Part shown: positions 17,287 through 25,409 of the stretch, piece after piece
Layout of the letters: each line of letters starts with the position of its first letter
Numbering within the stretch: position 1 is the first letter of the stretch
Notes under the pieces: model-generated
Told to the model about the DNA's origin: nothing
What the model saw: only the letters and a program-made list of their open reading frames with translations
Databases searched by the model: none
Virus record (IMG/VR): IMGVR_UViG_3300020042_012166
Location: 1 to 27,970 of that record
Length of the DNA stretch: 27,970 bases
From: a virus
Taxonomy: Duplodnaviria > Caudoviricetes
Direction: 5' to 3' (one strand)
Made by a program: the position numbers and the translations under genes

Positions 17287-17315
17287 ATTATATACTATAT
17301 AGTGAAAAAAATCAA
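17287..17315 (-). promoter_or_regulatory. sigma70-like promoter TTGATT-N17-TATAAT
   Basis: -35 at 17310-17315, -10 at 17287-17292. Confidence 0.7.
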
Positions 17316-17316
17316 C

Positions 17317-17514
17317 TCACGTAATCTTTAGAGCCTTGTGGACTATTTTAGATTTAATCATGTCAGGGACAGACAGGAATGGAAATTCCAGAATAAAGGG
17401 ACAACAGTCAGGACCCCATGCAGATTTTTTCATAAATTCTGCAAAGACAGCTATGTCCTCTTTTGAGTTGACGTTAAACAATCGTTTAGTCTTTACAAAA
17501 GAATCTAGTATCAT
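17317..17514 (-). CDS. Hypothetical protein
   Basis: 65 aa; CPFILEFPFLSVPDMI; SD AGGA. Confidence 0.75.
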   Translation of the reverse strand: MILDSFVKTKRLFNVNSKEDIAVFAEFMKKSAWGPDCCPFILEFPFLSVPDMIKSKIVHKALKIT

Positions 17515-17526
17515 AAATTTCCTTTA

Positions 17527-17751
17527 TCATCGTCTTGATGTAATTTTTCTGCAATGCTCGTAAATATGCTCGGGGTATCTCATAGGATCGGAAAGAACGG
17601 TACTACAAGAAATCTTAAACGTAACTATATCTTGATTTGGACTGTTGATAAAATCATCATTAGACATAAACCCATAAGCACCTATTATTAAGACCAATAT
17701 AAACCAAAAAGGCAATATGCTATGTAAAAAATTTACAATACGGTTAATCAT
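17527..17751 (-). CDS. Small membrane-anchored protein
   Basis: N-terminal TM helix and two Cys. Confidence 0.7.
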   Translation of the reverse strand: MINRIVNFLHSILPFWFILVLIIGAYGFMSNDDFINSPNQDIVTFKISCSTVLSDPMRYPEHIYEHCRKITSRR

Positions 17752-18236
17752 CAGCTTCCCGTAACCAATTCAATTACCCCGTCACCTCTATCATAAAACG
17801 CTTCGATGAACATATGATGGCTGTCTTCTGATTCTCTAATAGCCTGCTCGGCAAACTTCCACATATCTAACCAAGTAATACATCCAGTATTGGTATCTTC
17901 GCGCATAGGAACTTTAACGTTCTCGTATTTCAGGGTTCCATTCCCAAATCCACTACTTGACTGGAAACTAACCACCTCGTATATAGACCATACTGATTTA
18001 AACTTATTGGCCTGTTTAATATCGTCATAATATGAATTACGTCTATCCCATTCAAAATCTTTTGCCTCACTCAAAGGTGAATATGCGTCCTTAAGAATTG
18101 ATAGTCCTTTTCGTAATGAAGTAATTTTACTAGTACTAAAGACATCTTCAAGTTCAGCTATTTCATTGCTCAACAGCCAGTATGCATTATGCAGTTTACT
18201 GATCTGGTCAGCCGTAATACTAAAGGTTTCATTCAT
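17751..18236 (-). CDS. Hypothetical protein
   Basis: 161 aa; TWLDMWKFAE...HHMFIEAF...LVTGS; coupled to neighbours. Confidence 0.8.
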   Translation of the reverse strand: MNETFSITADQISKLHNAYWLLSNEIAELEDVFSTSKITSLRKGLSILKDAYSPLSEAKDFEWDRRNSYYDDIKQANKFKSVWSIYEVVSFQSSSGFGNGTLKYENVKVPMREDTNTGCITWLDMWKFAEQAIRESEDSHHMFIEAFYDRGDGVIELVTGS

Positions 18237-18730
18237 TGTACATGCCCTCTAATTAAACCTAACGCGTTATCACCGCCGTCTTTATACCATACACCGTTAC
18301 CACCGGCTTTGATGAATGACTCTACAACATCGTATGTGTCATCAATCATAAGTGCGTCCACTCCGGCAAACCCAGTCTTATATCTACGTCCAGGCACTAT
18401 AACTGCAGGCCAGTAGATATCGTGCATCTCCAACCACGCCAACTTCTGCTCCTGTACCTCTCGTTGACGATCAAAGCCGCCAGCAGAACTGAGAATACAG
18501 ATCTCGAAACGATCATCTACCCTACGTAAGATGTCCAGCAACTCATCTGCATTGCCCATCTTCTCCAGGCTGGTAAATTCTGCATCATCCACAAACTCAT
18601 GCCAATGTCTCGAGTACATCTTATTCACCCTATCGGCCTTGACCTCAGCCGGGGTACGGCCAAACTTCTCTGTATACCTTTTGTTAAAGTCACACAGCAC
18701 CCCATCCATATCAACAAATATTTTCTTCAT
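18233..18730 (-). CDS. HAD-superfamily 5'(3')-deoxyribonucleotidase-like protein
   Basis: IFVDMDGVLCDF, ILSS, K..WL, LMIDD. Confidence 0.85.
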   Translation of the reverse strand: MKKIFVDMDGVLCDFNKRYTEKFGRTPAEVKADRVNKMYSRHWHEFVDDAEFTSLEKMGNADELLDILRRVDDRFEICILSSAGGFDRQREVQEQKLAWLEMHDIYWPAVIVPGRRYKTGFAGVDALMIDDTYDVVESFIKAGGNGVWYKDGGDNALGLIRGHVQ

Positions 18731-19164
18731 TAGATTTTCTCACAAATAATTTTAGAGTCGTAGTCTTCACCCAGGGTCATATTTTCACGAAAGATCTTAA
18801 CCAGTTTTTTCCTGAACAATGACTCAATAGCCAGTATCATAGCAAATGCATTCAACCTGCTGGTTACAGTCTGAGAATCGCCAGCACTAAGTCCTTCGGC
18901 CTGGGATAGCATGACAACGATGAGAACGGCTTCTTCCATCCTAGGATCGGTATCTTCTTCCCTACCCATACTGGAATCCAGTATCTCTAATAGTTCCTTT
19001 AAGTCCCGATCGGATAGACCTATAAGAAAGTCTCTCATAGTCATGTATGGTTCAGATATTAGGTTAGCTGCAAGCAACCTGGTAACCGCCATGAAGTCGT
19101 TTTGCTTTAACACATTTTGGTAGTTAACCGTTACCTCACCATACTCATCAAAATCATCTTCCAT
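18730..19164 (-). CDS. Hypothetical protein
   Basis: 144 aa, SD AAGGAG. Confidence 0.8.
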   Translation of the reverse strand: MEDDFDEYGEVTVNYQNVLKQNDFMAVTRLLAANLISEPYMTMRDFLIGLSDRDLKELLEILDSSMGREEDTDPRMEEAVLIVVMLSQAEGLSAGDSQTVTSRLNAFAMILAIESLFRKKLVKIFRENMTLGEDYDSKIICEKI

Positions 19165-19201
19165 ACATGCTCCTTTAATGTATTGTAACGTAATTTGAAT
19201 A

Positions 19202-19573
19202 TTAATGCAACTGTTCTTTGTATTGATCGGAATGCTTGCAGTAGCGACGGAACTGAAACCCTACACAGGTACAGTTCACCTTTCCATTAAACTTGGTGAC
19301 GATATACTCGCCGGTATCGTACGCTCGAAGTTCACCCGATACTTGATCTGCGGACCCAGCAATGCTTCCCACAATAATAGAATTAGCAATAACACGAACA
19401 GGTACCAATTCGTCATCGGTTCTCAGACATACTGCAGGTATCTCCAAACGGTAGGGAGGCTTGACAACAGTACCTTTGATAGTAACGGTTTCATAATCCT
19501 CCGTACGAAAGAGATGGTTGTTACGAACCCGGCATTGGAGTTCGACATAGGTGCCAATAAGATATGTATTCAT
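19202..19573 (-). CDS. SWIM zinc-finger domain protein
   Basis: C-terminal CTC..FQFRRYCKH. Confidence 0.8.
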   Translation of the reverse strand: MNTYLIGTYVELQCRVRNNHLFRTEDYETVTIKGTVVKPPYRLEIPAVCLRTDDELVPVRVIANSIIVGSIAGSADQVSGELRAYDTGEYIVTKFNGKVNCTCVGFQFRRYCKHSDQYKEQLH

Positions 19574-19579
19574 ACGGAT

Positions 19580-19626
19580 ATTATAGGCTATATCCGTAAA
19601 TAAGTCAAGTAACTATTACTAGTTAC
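19580..19626 (-). promoter_or_regulatory. Early promoter TTGACT-N17-TATAAT with upstream palindrome GTAACTA-N4-TAGTTAC
   Basis: -10 at 19580-19585, -35 at 19603-19608, palindrome at 19609-19626; ATG 6 nt after the -10. Confidence 0.8.
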
Positions 19627-19853
19627 TTTTTGTCCAGCATTGTTCCGTTTGCATCGGATTCCATGGCCCAATGCACCACTATCCAGTCATCGAGGCAGGC
19701 CTGTTCGGCATTAGGGGGAAGATCTTTTCCTGCCTTGGCCATGAGTGACAACCAGTGGGGAAAGTAACTATCTAGAATTTCTTTTTCTGATAGAGTCTCT
19801 ACCCCATCTACTGCATTCTCACCATCAGAAAAGCAATATGTCCAGTACCTCAT
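19623..19853 (-). CDS. Hypothetical protein
   Basis: 76 aa; CLDDWIVVHWA. Confidence 0.75.
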   Translation of the reverse strand: MRYWTYCFSDGENAVDGVETLSEKEILDSYFPHWLSLMAKAGKDLPPNAEQACLDDWIVVHWAMESDANGTMLDKK

Positions 19854-20044
19854 GCGTACACGTCCACTTCTGACCCCAGGGTATCAAAAACGCCCTTGGC
19901 ATACTCAAAAGGCTTTTCATTGAATTCGATAGTAGTACGAATGCCTTGTTTGGAGATATCAATCTCGTAATTGTAATCACTCTTTTGCCAAAGAGTGTAA
20001 CGGGTATTGTTGACTGTCTTTACATCGATAAGGCTGGGCATCAT
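19850..20044 (-). CDS. Hypothetical protein
   Basis: 64 aa; ATGA coupling. Confidence 0.7.
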   Translation of the reverse strand: MMPSLIDVKTVNNTRYTLWQKSDYNYEIDISKQGIRTTIEFNEKPFEYAKGVFDTLGSEVDVYA

Positions 20045-20361
20045 GATTGTTCTTCCTCTTCAAAAATATTGCTGTATATCTTCAACTTGTCTCGTTTGGC
20101 GTCAATGAGTTTATCCAATGCATCTTCCTCACCTACAATACCAAATTCGTAACACAGGTTAATCATGCATTGTAGGTCGGCTAGTTCCTGAATGAAGCCA
20201 AAGCGGTTAGTCTCTTCACCAAACCGGCGAATCTTAGAAACAGCCTGAATGACCTCGGCGCACTCTTCCTGTAATATATTTAAAATTTCTGTTTGACTGT
20301 TATTCATGTTAGAATATCTTTCTTGATCATGGATGAGTCTTGCTATTTGTTTTTTTCTCAT
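20041..20361 (-). CDS. MazG-like NTP pyrophosphohydrolase
   Basis: ILQEECAEVIQAVSK...ELADL (EExxE..ExxD). Confidence 0.8.
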   Translation of the reverse strand: MRKKQIARLIHDQERYSNMNNSQTEILNILQEECAEVIQAVSKIRRFGEETNRFGFIQELADLQCMINLCYEFGIVGEEDALDKLIDAKRDKLKIYSNIFEEEEQS

Positions 20362-20795
20362 TCTTCACACTCGTAATCTTCTTGATCTTCGTAGACTGGA
20401 TCAGTTTCGATACAGATATGACCTATACCGATGATTCCATTCCATTCCGAACCTTCACGCCTTCCACCGGTAACCTCAAAGGGGGTAGCAAACTCTACTA
20501 CATGCCCACCTAGGAGGGAATTACCATCATGGGTCAGATCGATATCTTGGAGAAGGATACAGCCTATGAGGCCGGCATCAACCCCATACTCGTTTCCGAA
20601 CTGGTCATAATACCCACCATCCCCCCACCTGGTATTGATACTCACAAACCGGCGGCCATCTTTGAGTTGGAATTCACCTTCGTTACATCCATGATCGGTA
20701 CGATCTTTGAAGAACAGGCCACATGCCTCATCCCATTCCCCATGCATGACGTAACACAAATCCCCCACCCAGTACTTACCTGCTGGCATCGTCAT
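20358..20795 (-). CDS. Conserved phage hypothetical protein
   Basis: YWVGDLCYV, TRWGDGGY, VDAGLIG; SD AGGAG. Confidence 0.8.
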   Translation of the reverse strand: MTMPAGKYWVGDLCYVMHGEWDEACGLFFKDRTDHGCNEGEFQLKDGRRFVSINTRWGDGGYYDQFGNEYGVDAGLIGCILLQDIDLTHDGNSLLGGHVVEFATPFEVTGGRREGSEWNGIIGIGHICIETDPVYEDQEDYECEE

Positions 20796-20820
20796 AATTA
20801 CTCCTAGTTGATATAAGTCA

Positions 20821-20849
20821 ATTATAGTCTATTCTGGAAATTAAGTCAA
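20821..20849 (-). promoter_or_regulatory. Early promoter TTGACT-N17-TATAAT
   Basis: -10 at 20821-20826, -35 at 20844-20849. Confidence 0.75.
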
Positions 20850-21127
20850 ATGCCGAAGTAATCTATAAAGAACTTCATATGCTTTTTGTGCATCTCGGTA
20901 TGACACCGGGAATAGAGATCATCCAGTACTTTCTGACGTTCACTTATTTCCCGGTGCACTTCTACATAAACACCAACTATAACTGTTATTGCAACTATAA
21001 CAAACGTAACCAAAAATACCAACAGATTAAGTATGTCATGGAAGTAGACCAGGAAGGTAGGTACCAGGATAAAAGATCCTAGTACCAGGAACATAAGCCC
21101 TAAAGTTTTTTTAACTGACTGGTTCAC
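20846..21127 (-). CDS. Two-TM membrane protein
   Basis: Two hydrophobic helices. Confidence 0.7.
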   Translation of the reverse strand: MNQSVKKTLGLMFLVLGSFILVPTFLVYFHDILNLLVFLVTFVIVAITVIVGVYVEVHREISERQKVLDDLYSRCHTEMHKKHMKFFIDYFGI

Positions 21128-21551
21128 TTACTGTTTTATCTTCTTCATTGGCATGTTCCTCACAAGAGGTATAGTACCAGCCTTTGCCCCGGAACAGACC
21201 TGCATTACCGCATTTCTCACAAGTAACCGAACTCATTGCCTCTGCCATGGATACTAGTCCACGAATATGGTCATCCCCCCCGGTATAGTAAAATCGCAAG
21301 GTGCCAAATTTCTCTTTGACCTGATCAAGGGTGACCTGAACACATCCATCACCTTGATTGAATCTTTCCTTACGATCTTGTTTCCAATCAATGTGATGCT
21401 GGATCTGGCTCATTAGTTGATTCAAAATATTATACCAACCATCACCGCATTCAAACCCCCAACACATGGTAGTTTGCGTCATAGGCTTATGACGATTGAC
21501 CATCATCTTAGGATACTTCTCACATAGCAATTCATCTAGTTCTTGTCTCAT
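21111..21551 (-). CDS. Conserved phage hypothetical protein with C-terminal Zn-binding motif
   Basis: FECGDGW, QVKEKFGTLRFY, CEKCG...CEEH. Confidence 0.8.
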   Translation of the reverse strand: MRQELDELLCEKYPKMMVNRHKPMTQTTMCWGFECGDGWYNILNQLMSQIQHHIDWKQDRKERFNQGDGCVQVTLDQVKEKFGTLRFYYTGGDDHIRGLVSMAEAMSSVTCEKCGNAGLFRGKGWYYTSCEEHANEEDKTVSEPVS

Positions 21552-21566
21552 ATCTTTGTCCTACAT

Positions 21567-21908
21567 TCATCTTGAAATTCTCAACTCAGCATCAGAATTA
21601 TCCCAACATGCATTTCTGTACTTGTATACAAATTCACACAGTCCTTCATATGAGCCCCAACCATTAGGAGGATCCAATTTCTGAAAACGTTCTGGGTCGG
21701 ATAGAAGAATATTCCACCCTTCATCTAACAGGTCAGAGATATCACTGGCAAACTTAAATTCCTGCTCCTCCGGACGCCACAGTACATCATACAGAGTCAT
21801 GCCGTTGCTGAGAACGACTTCCTTGGCCATGGCGCCAAGGTTATGGGTAATGTTACCACTATAGACAGAGGTAGGCTGGACTACCATCAGATCAACATCC
21901 AGGCTCAT
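21567..21908 (-). CDS. Conserved phage hypothetical protein
   Basis: NITHNL, PPNGWGSY. Confidence 0.8.
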   Translation of the reverse strand: MSLDVDLMVVQPTSVYSGNITHNLGAMAKEVVLSNGMTLYDVLWRPEEQEFKFASDISDLLDEGWNILLSDPERFQKLDPPNGWGSYEGLCEFVYKYRNACWDNSDAELRISR

Positions 21909-21911
21909 AAT

Positions 21912-22097
21912 TTAATCTCTAGAGGGAGGAACAGCAATTATAACACACTTCTGGTCTCGAGGCAATGACTTTTCACATTCCGTCATCGCTTTATTCACAA
22001 TGTTTACCCAAGAAGATGGATTAACCGCTTGAAATAATCCAGCTAAAGTTACACCAAAAAGAATACCGAAAAAAAATCCAAATACGCCTTCTCTCAT
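21912..22097 (-). CDS. Small membrane protein
   Basis: N-terminal TM; CEKSLPRDQKC. Confidence 0.7.
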   Translation of the reverse strand: MREGVFGFFFGILFGVTLAGLFQAVNPSSWVNIVNKAMTECEKSLPRDQKCVIIAVPPSRD

Positions 22098-22456
22098 AAT
22101 TTGTTACCCCAAGTCCGGTGGTTCTCGGCCACATGTTCCATTCCGTCATATTCGTGTATGTGCCACTTGGCATCGTCAGGCACTTCTACAATGACCAGGG
22201 AGGCACAATAGCCGTTCGCCTTTGTTCCCATTTCCTCCACTACAGCCACCAGATCGAGATCGGCCCGGTTCTGTATCAACTCTCTCTGGCTCAAGTAATG
22301 ATCTTCACTATCCATATGACGGGCATGGTAGTATTCAGTCATGTCATATTTGTTGACACATTTCTCCCACGCAATACCTTTACGGCCCAGAAATTTTTCA
22401 AACGCTTCATTAGATAAGTTGAAGCCCCCGAACCCGCCATTGATTACTACTTTCAT
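22094..22456 (-). CDS. Conserved phage hypothetical protein
   Basis: KVVINGGFGGFNLS...EYDGMEHVAENHRTW. Confidence 0.8.
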   Translation of the reverse strand: MKVVINGGFGGFNLSNEAFEKFLGRKGIAWEKCVNKYDMTEYYHARHMDSEDHYLSQRELIQNRADLDLVAVVEEMGTKANGYCASLVIVEVPDDAKWHIHEYDGMEHVAENHRTWGNKL

Positions 22457-22638
22457 TTTTCTACTCCAAAATGTTCTTTAATTGCTACAGCCGTTGCGTG
22501 ATTGCCATTGAACACGGCAATCTTAACACACTCGAATATCAACAACTCGGCAAACTGTTCTAATTCAAATTCAATGGCATGATTAGACCATTCAGGAAAC
22601 CCGGCCTCATTAGCAAACTGTTTAATCTGTTCGTTCAT
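22453..22638 (-). CDS. MNERI...FGVE family paralog 3
   Basis: MNEQIKQFANEAG...FAELLIFEC...EHFGVEK. Confidence 0.8.
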   Translation of the reverse strand: MNEQIKQFANEAGFPEWSNHAIEFELEQFAELLIFECVKIAVFNGNHATAVAIKEHFGVEK

Positions 22639-22825
22639 TTTTTCTTATTCCAATATCAGCACGTAGGAATGCATGTACCAGACAGATGGCGATATAGTTA
22701 ACAAAGCTGTACTCAAGTTCTAGGACAGGAAACAGAGTATTCAAAGCCCACAGGTATGCAAAGGGGGCAAGAAGGGCTAGGGCAATCAGCAGTACAAAGG
22801 TTGGGGCACGAACTTTAATCATCAT
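22622..22825 (-). CDS. Two-TM membrane protein
   Basis: Hydrophobic; WALNTLFP. Confidence 0.7.
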   Translation of the reverse strand: MMIKVRAPTFVLLIALALLAPFAYLWALNTLFPVLELEYSFVNYIAICLVHAFLRADIGIRKNERTD

Positions 22826-22862
22826 TTAACTCCAAAACGTTGTTTAATATTCGTTCGTTCAT
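22822..22862 (-). pseudogene. Collapsed remnant of an MNERI...FGVE paralog
   Basis: ATGAACGAACGAAT (MNERI) joined out of frame to ATTAAACAACGTTTTGGAGTTAAATGA (IKQRFGVK*). Confidence 0.7.
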
Positions 22863-23125
22863 TCTTCAACTCCGTAAAAATGTTCTCTAATGGCCACATA
22901 ACTATCAACACCGCACTGGACATAACCATCCCAATGCGTGTCCTTCATCATGACCTCATCTTCCAGCACAGGCTTGTATTGTTCTTCCACCTGCCGCAAG
23001 CATTCAGCCACAATCAACTCGGCGAACTTTTCTGGATCAAAAGGACTACACTGCATGCAATCATCGTATGTTTCTCCCTTACCCCAGCCAGCCTGTTCGG
23101 CAAGTTGTTGAATTCGTTCGTTCAT
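22859..23125 (-). CDS. MNERI...FGVE family paralog 2
   Basis: MNERIQQLAEQAG...KFAELIVAEC...EHFYGVEE. Confidence 0.85.
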   Translation of the reverse strand: MNERIQQLAEQAGWGKGETYDDCMQCSPFDPEKFAELIVAECLRQVEEQYKPVLEDEVMMKDTHWDGYVQCGVDSYVAIREHFYGVEE

Positions 23126-23331
23126 TCTTCAACTCCGAAATGCTCCAAAATCTGATTACGAACTTCGTAGTTGCCATCAGCGTACCGTTCACCAATATCA
23201 GCACATTTCTGAATAAGCAACTCAGCAAATTTTGGTAGGCTGGCATTATAATTTCCAGCCCAACCAATTCCTTCATCTTTGATATATTGGAATCCAGCCT
23301 GTTCAGCAAGTTCTTTAATTCGTTCGTTCAT
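23122..23331 (-). CDS. MNERI...FGVE family paralog 1
   Basis: MNERIKELAEQAG...KFAELLIQKC...EHFGVEE. Confidence 0.85.
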   Translation of the reverse strand: MNERIKELAEQAGFQYIKDEGIGWAGNYNASLPKFAELLIQKCADIGERYADGNYEVRNQILEHFGVEE

Positions 23332-23684
23332 AGCCGATTGCCTTCCAAATCAATGCGTGGTTCTTTATGGGTGATAGAGCCTTCGTACTCCAACTGAGAC
23401 TTCTCAAACTCAGACATCCAGTCATCCGGTTGCACCGACCATCCGATGATATACTCACGCGAATAGAAGGTATCATGTTCTATCTTAGCCCGAATCTCGT
23501 CAACGATCATCTGACATCTCTTCTCAAAGAACTCCCCACCTTTGATGGAATGCTCAATATTCTCGGCCACGTAGGAGTACCCACCCTTCATCTTCCAGTA
23601 CTGGGGACAAGGGCCAAAGCCTTCACCATCCCAATCATGGGCACCATAGTTTTCCATATACTGGGTTTCGATGACGAGTTTCAT
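23328..23684 (-). CDS. Conserved phage hypothetical protein
   Basis: TQYMENYGAHDWDG..CPQYWKMKGG. Confidence 0.8.
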   Translation of the reverse strand: MKLVIETQYMENYGAHDWDGEGFGPCPQYWKMKGGYSYVAENIEHSIKGGEFFEKRCQMIVDEIRAKIEHDTFYSREYIIGWSVQPDDWMSEFEKSQLEYEGSITHKEPRIDLEGNRL

Positions 23685-23712
23685 ATACTACCTTTCTTAC
23701 TGAACATACGTT

Positions 23713-23769
23713 ATTATAGTCCGTTTTCGTAATTAAAGCAACCCCTAAAAAGTAACTATTTCTAGTTAC
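23713..23769 (-). promoter_or_regulatory. Early promoter TTGCTT-N17-TATAAT with GTAACTA-N4-TAGTTAC palindrome
   Basis: -10 at 23713-23718, -35 at 23736-23741, palindrome at 23752-23769. Confidence 0.75.
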
Positions 23770-23933
23770 TTGCAAATGGCTTGGATATCGGTGGCGGATA
23801 TGGACAGTTCCATGCCGATCCTACGGCATTCATATAACTGGGCGGTATTGTATGTACCAAATGCAAAGCATGTCAGGAGAAACATACTTACAATGGTCAC
23901 TATGTAGAGGAAGGCTTTTTTATCGTCACTCAT
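23766..23933 (-). CDS. Small membrane protein (55 aa)
   Basis: MSDDKKAFLYIVTIVSMFLLTCFAFGTYNTAQLYECRRIGMELSISATDIQAICK*; TGATG coupling. Confidence 0.65.
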   Translation of the reverse strand: MSDDKKAFLYIVTIVSMFLLTCFAFGTYNTAQLYECRRIGMELSISATDIQAICK

Positions 23934-24136
23934 CATGCACCACTATAGTGACGGGTGGCAAAGGTTTCCATCCATTCTAGAACCAGTTCCTTGGCCTGGT
24001 GCCGATCAACATCGAAGGCCTCCTGGACTACCGGGCCGGATCCGAACATGTTCATAGACCCACTTTCTCTGATAACATCCAGAAACCGGAATACCTGTTC
24101 TTTGAGTTCTTCCGTCAATTCAATCTTTTTTGTCAT
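23933..24136 (-). CDS. Conserved phage hypothetical protein
   Basis: FLDVIRESGSMNMFG...WM. Confidence 0.75.
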   Translation of the reverse strand: MTKKIELTEELKEQVFRFLDVIRESGSMNMFGSGPVVQEAFDVDRHQAKELVLEWMETFATRHYSGA

Positions 24137-24305
24137 AAAGGTTCCTTAGAGTAATATAACCATGTCCTACCTTTAGTAAGAACTTGTTCCAGCATTTAGG
24201 GCACGTAGGCACCTTATCGGTATACATGGGTAGACCATGTTTATCCTTGGCACCTTCTTCGTACTCGTAATCACATACTTGGCATTTATGGCGATTTAAG
24301 TCCAT
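24120..24305 (-). CDS. Zinc-ribbon protein
   Basis: CQVC...CPKC. Confidence 0.7.
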   Translation of the reverse strand: MDLNRHKCQVCDYEYEEGAKDKHGLPMYTDKVPTCPKCWNKFLLKVGHGYITLRNLYDKKD

Positions 24306-24507
24306 CGATGGCTCTCAACAAAAAGCGTGTGACGGTGTCTGCAGAATCCTTGGATGGATGGGCCATGGATGCCGCCAACGTAGCACCCAACCAGCCGGCG
24401 GCATAGGAGTGGGATCCGTACTTGGCAACAGAGGCATCAATGAACTGGTCAATGAGTACTTGGTATTCTCTTTGTCCTAGATTAGACATTTTCTTTGCTT
24501 TCTTCAA
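24286..24507 (-). CDS. Hypothetical protein
   Basis: YGSHSYAAGWL; start may be MSNL. Confidence 0.7.
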   Translation of the reverse strand: MKKAKKMSNLGQREYQVLIDQFIDASVAKYGSHSYAAGWLGATLAASMAHPSKDSADTVTRFLLRAIDGLKSP

Positions 24508-24670
24508 CTAGTTTATGGGCAAGGTTAAAGGCATACATGACGTATTGGTATATGGTGCCACGTTCGTTGTAGGGCAGTTGGCGGATCATCCGATCTAGAT
24601 CAGCAAATGACTCCGGGGTCACAAAGAGACTCGAACGAGGTATAGGGTTATCCATTTTAGTACTTTCCAT
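24482..24670 (-). CDS. Hypothetical protein
   Basis: NPIPRSSLFVTPES...NLAHKLV. Confidence 0.7.
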   Translation of the reverse strand: MESTKMDNPIPRSSLFVTPESFADLDRMIRQLPYNERGTIYQYVMYAFNLAHKLVEESKENV

Positions 24671-24839
24671 TTTTACGAGTGAATTGGTGCATGATCATGC
24701 CGGTATCGGCTGGAATGCGCATCTTCATGGCCAGATAGGCCTCACCCCTTTGCCAAGGAATGCGCTTGACTTTTTGTTCTTCGTAGATGTTGACCCAGGC
24801 ATTGAGGGTCTTATCGAAGTATCGTTCAGTTGGTTTCAT
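24657..24839 (-). CDS. Hypothetical protein
   Basis: First gene after a promoter cassette; SD AGGAG. Confidence 0.75.
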   Translation of the reverse strand: MKPTERYFDKTLNAWVNIYEEQKVKRIPWQRGEAYLAMKMRIPADTGMIMHQFTRKNGKY

Positions 24840-24847
24840 CTATCTTT

Positions 24848-24898
24848 TCTCCTGTTGATGTCTTATTATAGGCTATACCCGTAATAAAGTCAACTGTT
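24848..24898 (-). repeat. Early promoter/RBS cassette (AACAGTTGACTTTATTACG-N-TATAAT-N-ATCAACAGGAGA)
   Basis: -35 at 24888-24893, -10 at 24865-24870; near-identical to the copies at ~26.4, 27.1 and 27.5 kb. Confidence 0.9.
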
Positions 24899-25056
24899 CA
24901 AGAAGTAAATATTTTTATGTACTTCATGAATTCTACGTATCCGCCGTACACCATGCCGCCCATTGCAATAAAGAAGATGGCAAGGGCAAAGATAGTTATT
25001 GCCATCAACGACCATCCAAAGAGCCGGAAGATCCATTCAACAAGTGTATGCAGCAT
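24898..25056 (-). CDS. Small membrane protein (52 aa)
   Basis: MLHTLVEWIFRLFGWSLMAITIFALAIFFIAMGGMVYGGYVEFMKYIKIFTS*. Confidence 0.6.
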   Translation of the reverse strand: MLHTLVEWIFRLFGWSLMAITIFALAIFFIAMGGMVYGGYVEFMKYIKIFTS

Positions 25057-25069
25057 GCTATCCCTATGA

Positions 25070-25403
25070 TTAGTTGTAGGCTACGTTTTTCCATGTTCGC
25101 CCCTACTTGAGTTGTTACCCTGTCCATCCATTTTATTCAGAGTCTGTGTGCAGTTAGGATTCTGCCTATCAGAGCCTGCAGGGTTCATGCCCCACGCTTA
25201 CGGTTTTCTGCCACCGGATCTCTATCGCTAATCAAACGCCATTTTAACGAGAAATGGTAACAGGATCAGATTAAGGACGCCTGAGTGTTCTACAGGTCGT
25301 TTAAGAGTAGCTTCGCAGCGCGCGCCTCGCAGCGCCTCTCCTTAAAACTTTGTTGCCAGTAATTTTTCAACTGGCGGCTTGGGGATCCGGTCCCCCCACC
25401 CTA
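25070..25403 (-). ncRNA. Candidate structured non-coding RNA or long structured leader (~330 nt)
   Basis: No minus-strand ORF of 60 aa or more in the track, in an otherwise gene-dense region; dedicated promoter; at least 7 stems visible. Confidence 0.6.
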
Positions 25404-25409
25404 TGCCTT

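Noticed and set aside
25070-25403. tRNA, tmRNA or hammerhead ribozyme
   Set aside because: No T-loop GTTCRA with a cloverleaf and no CUGAUGA/GAAA core found by eye; kept as an unclassified ncRNA candidate.
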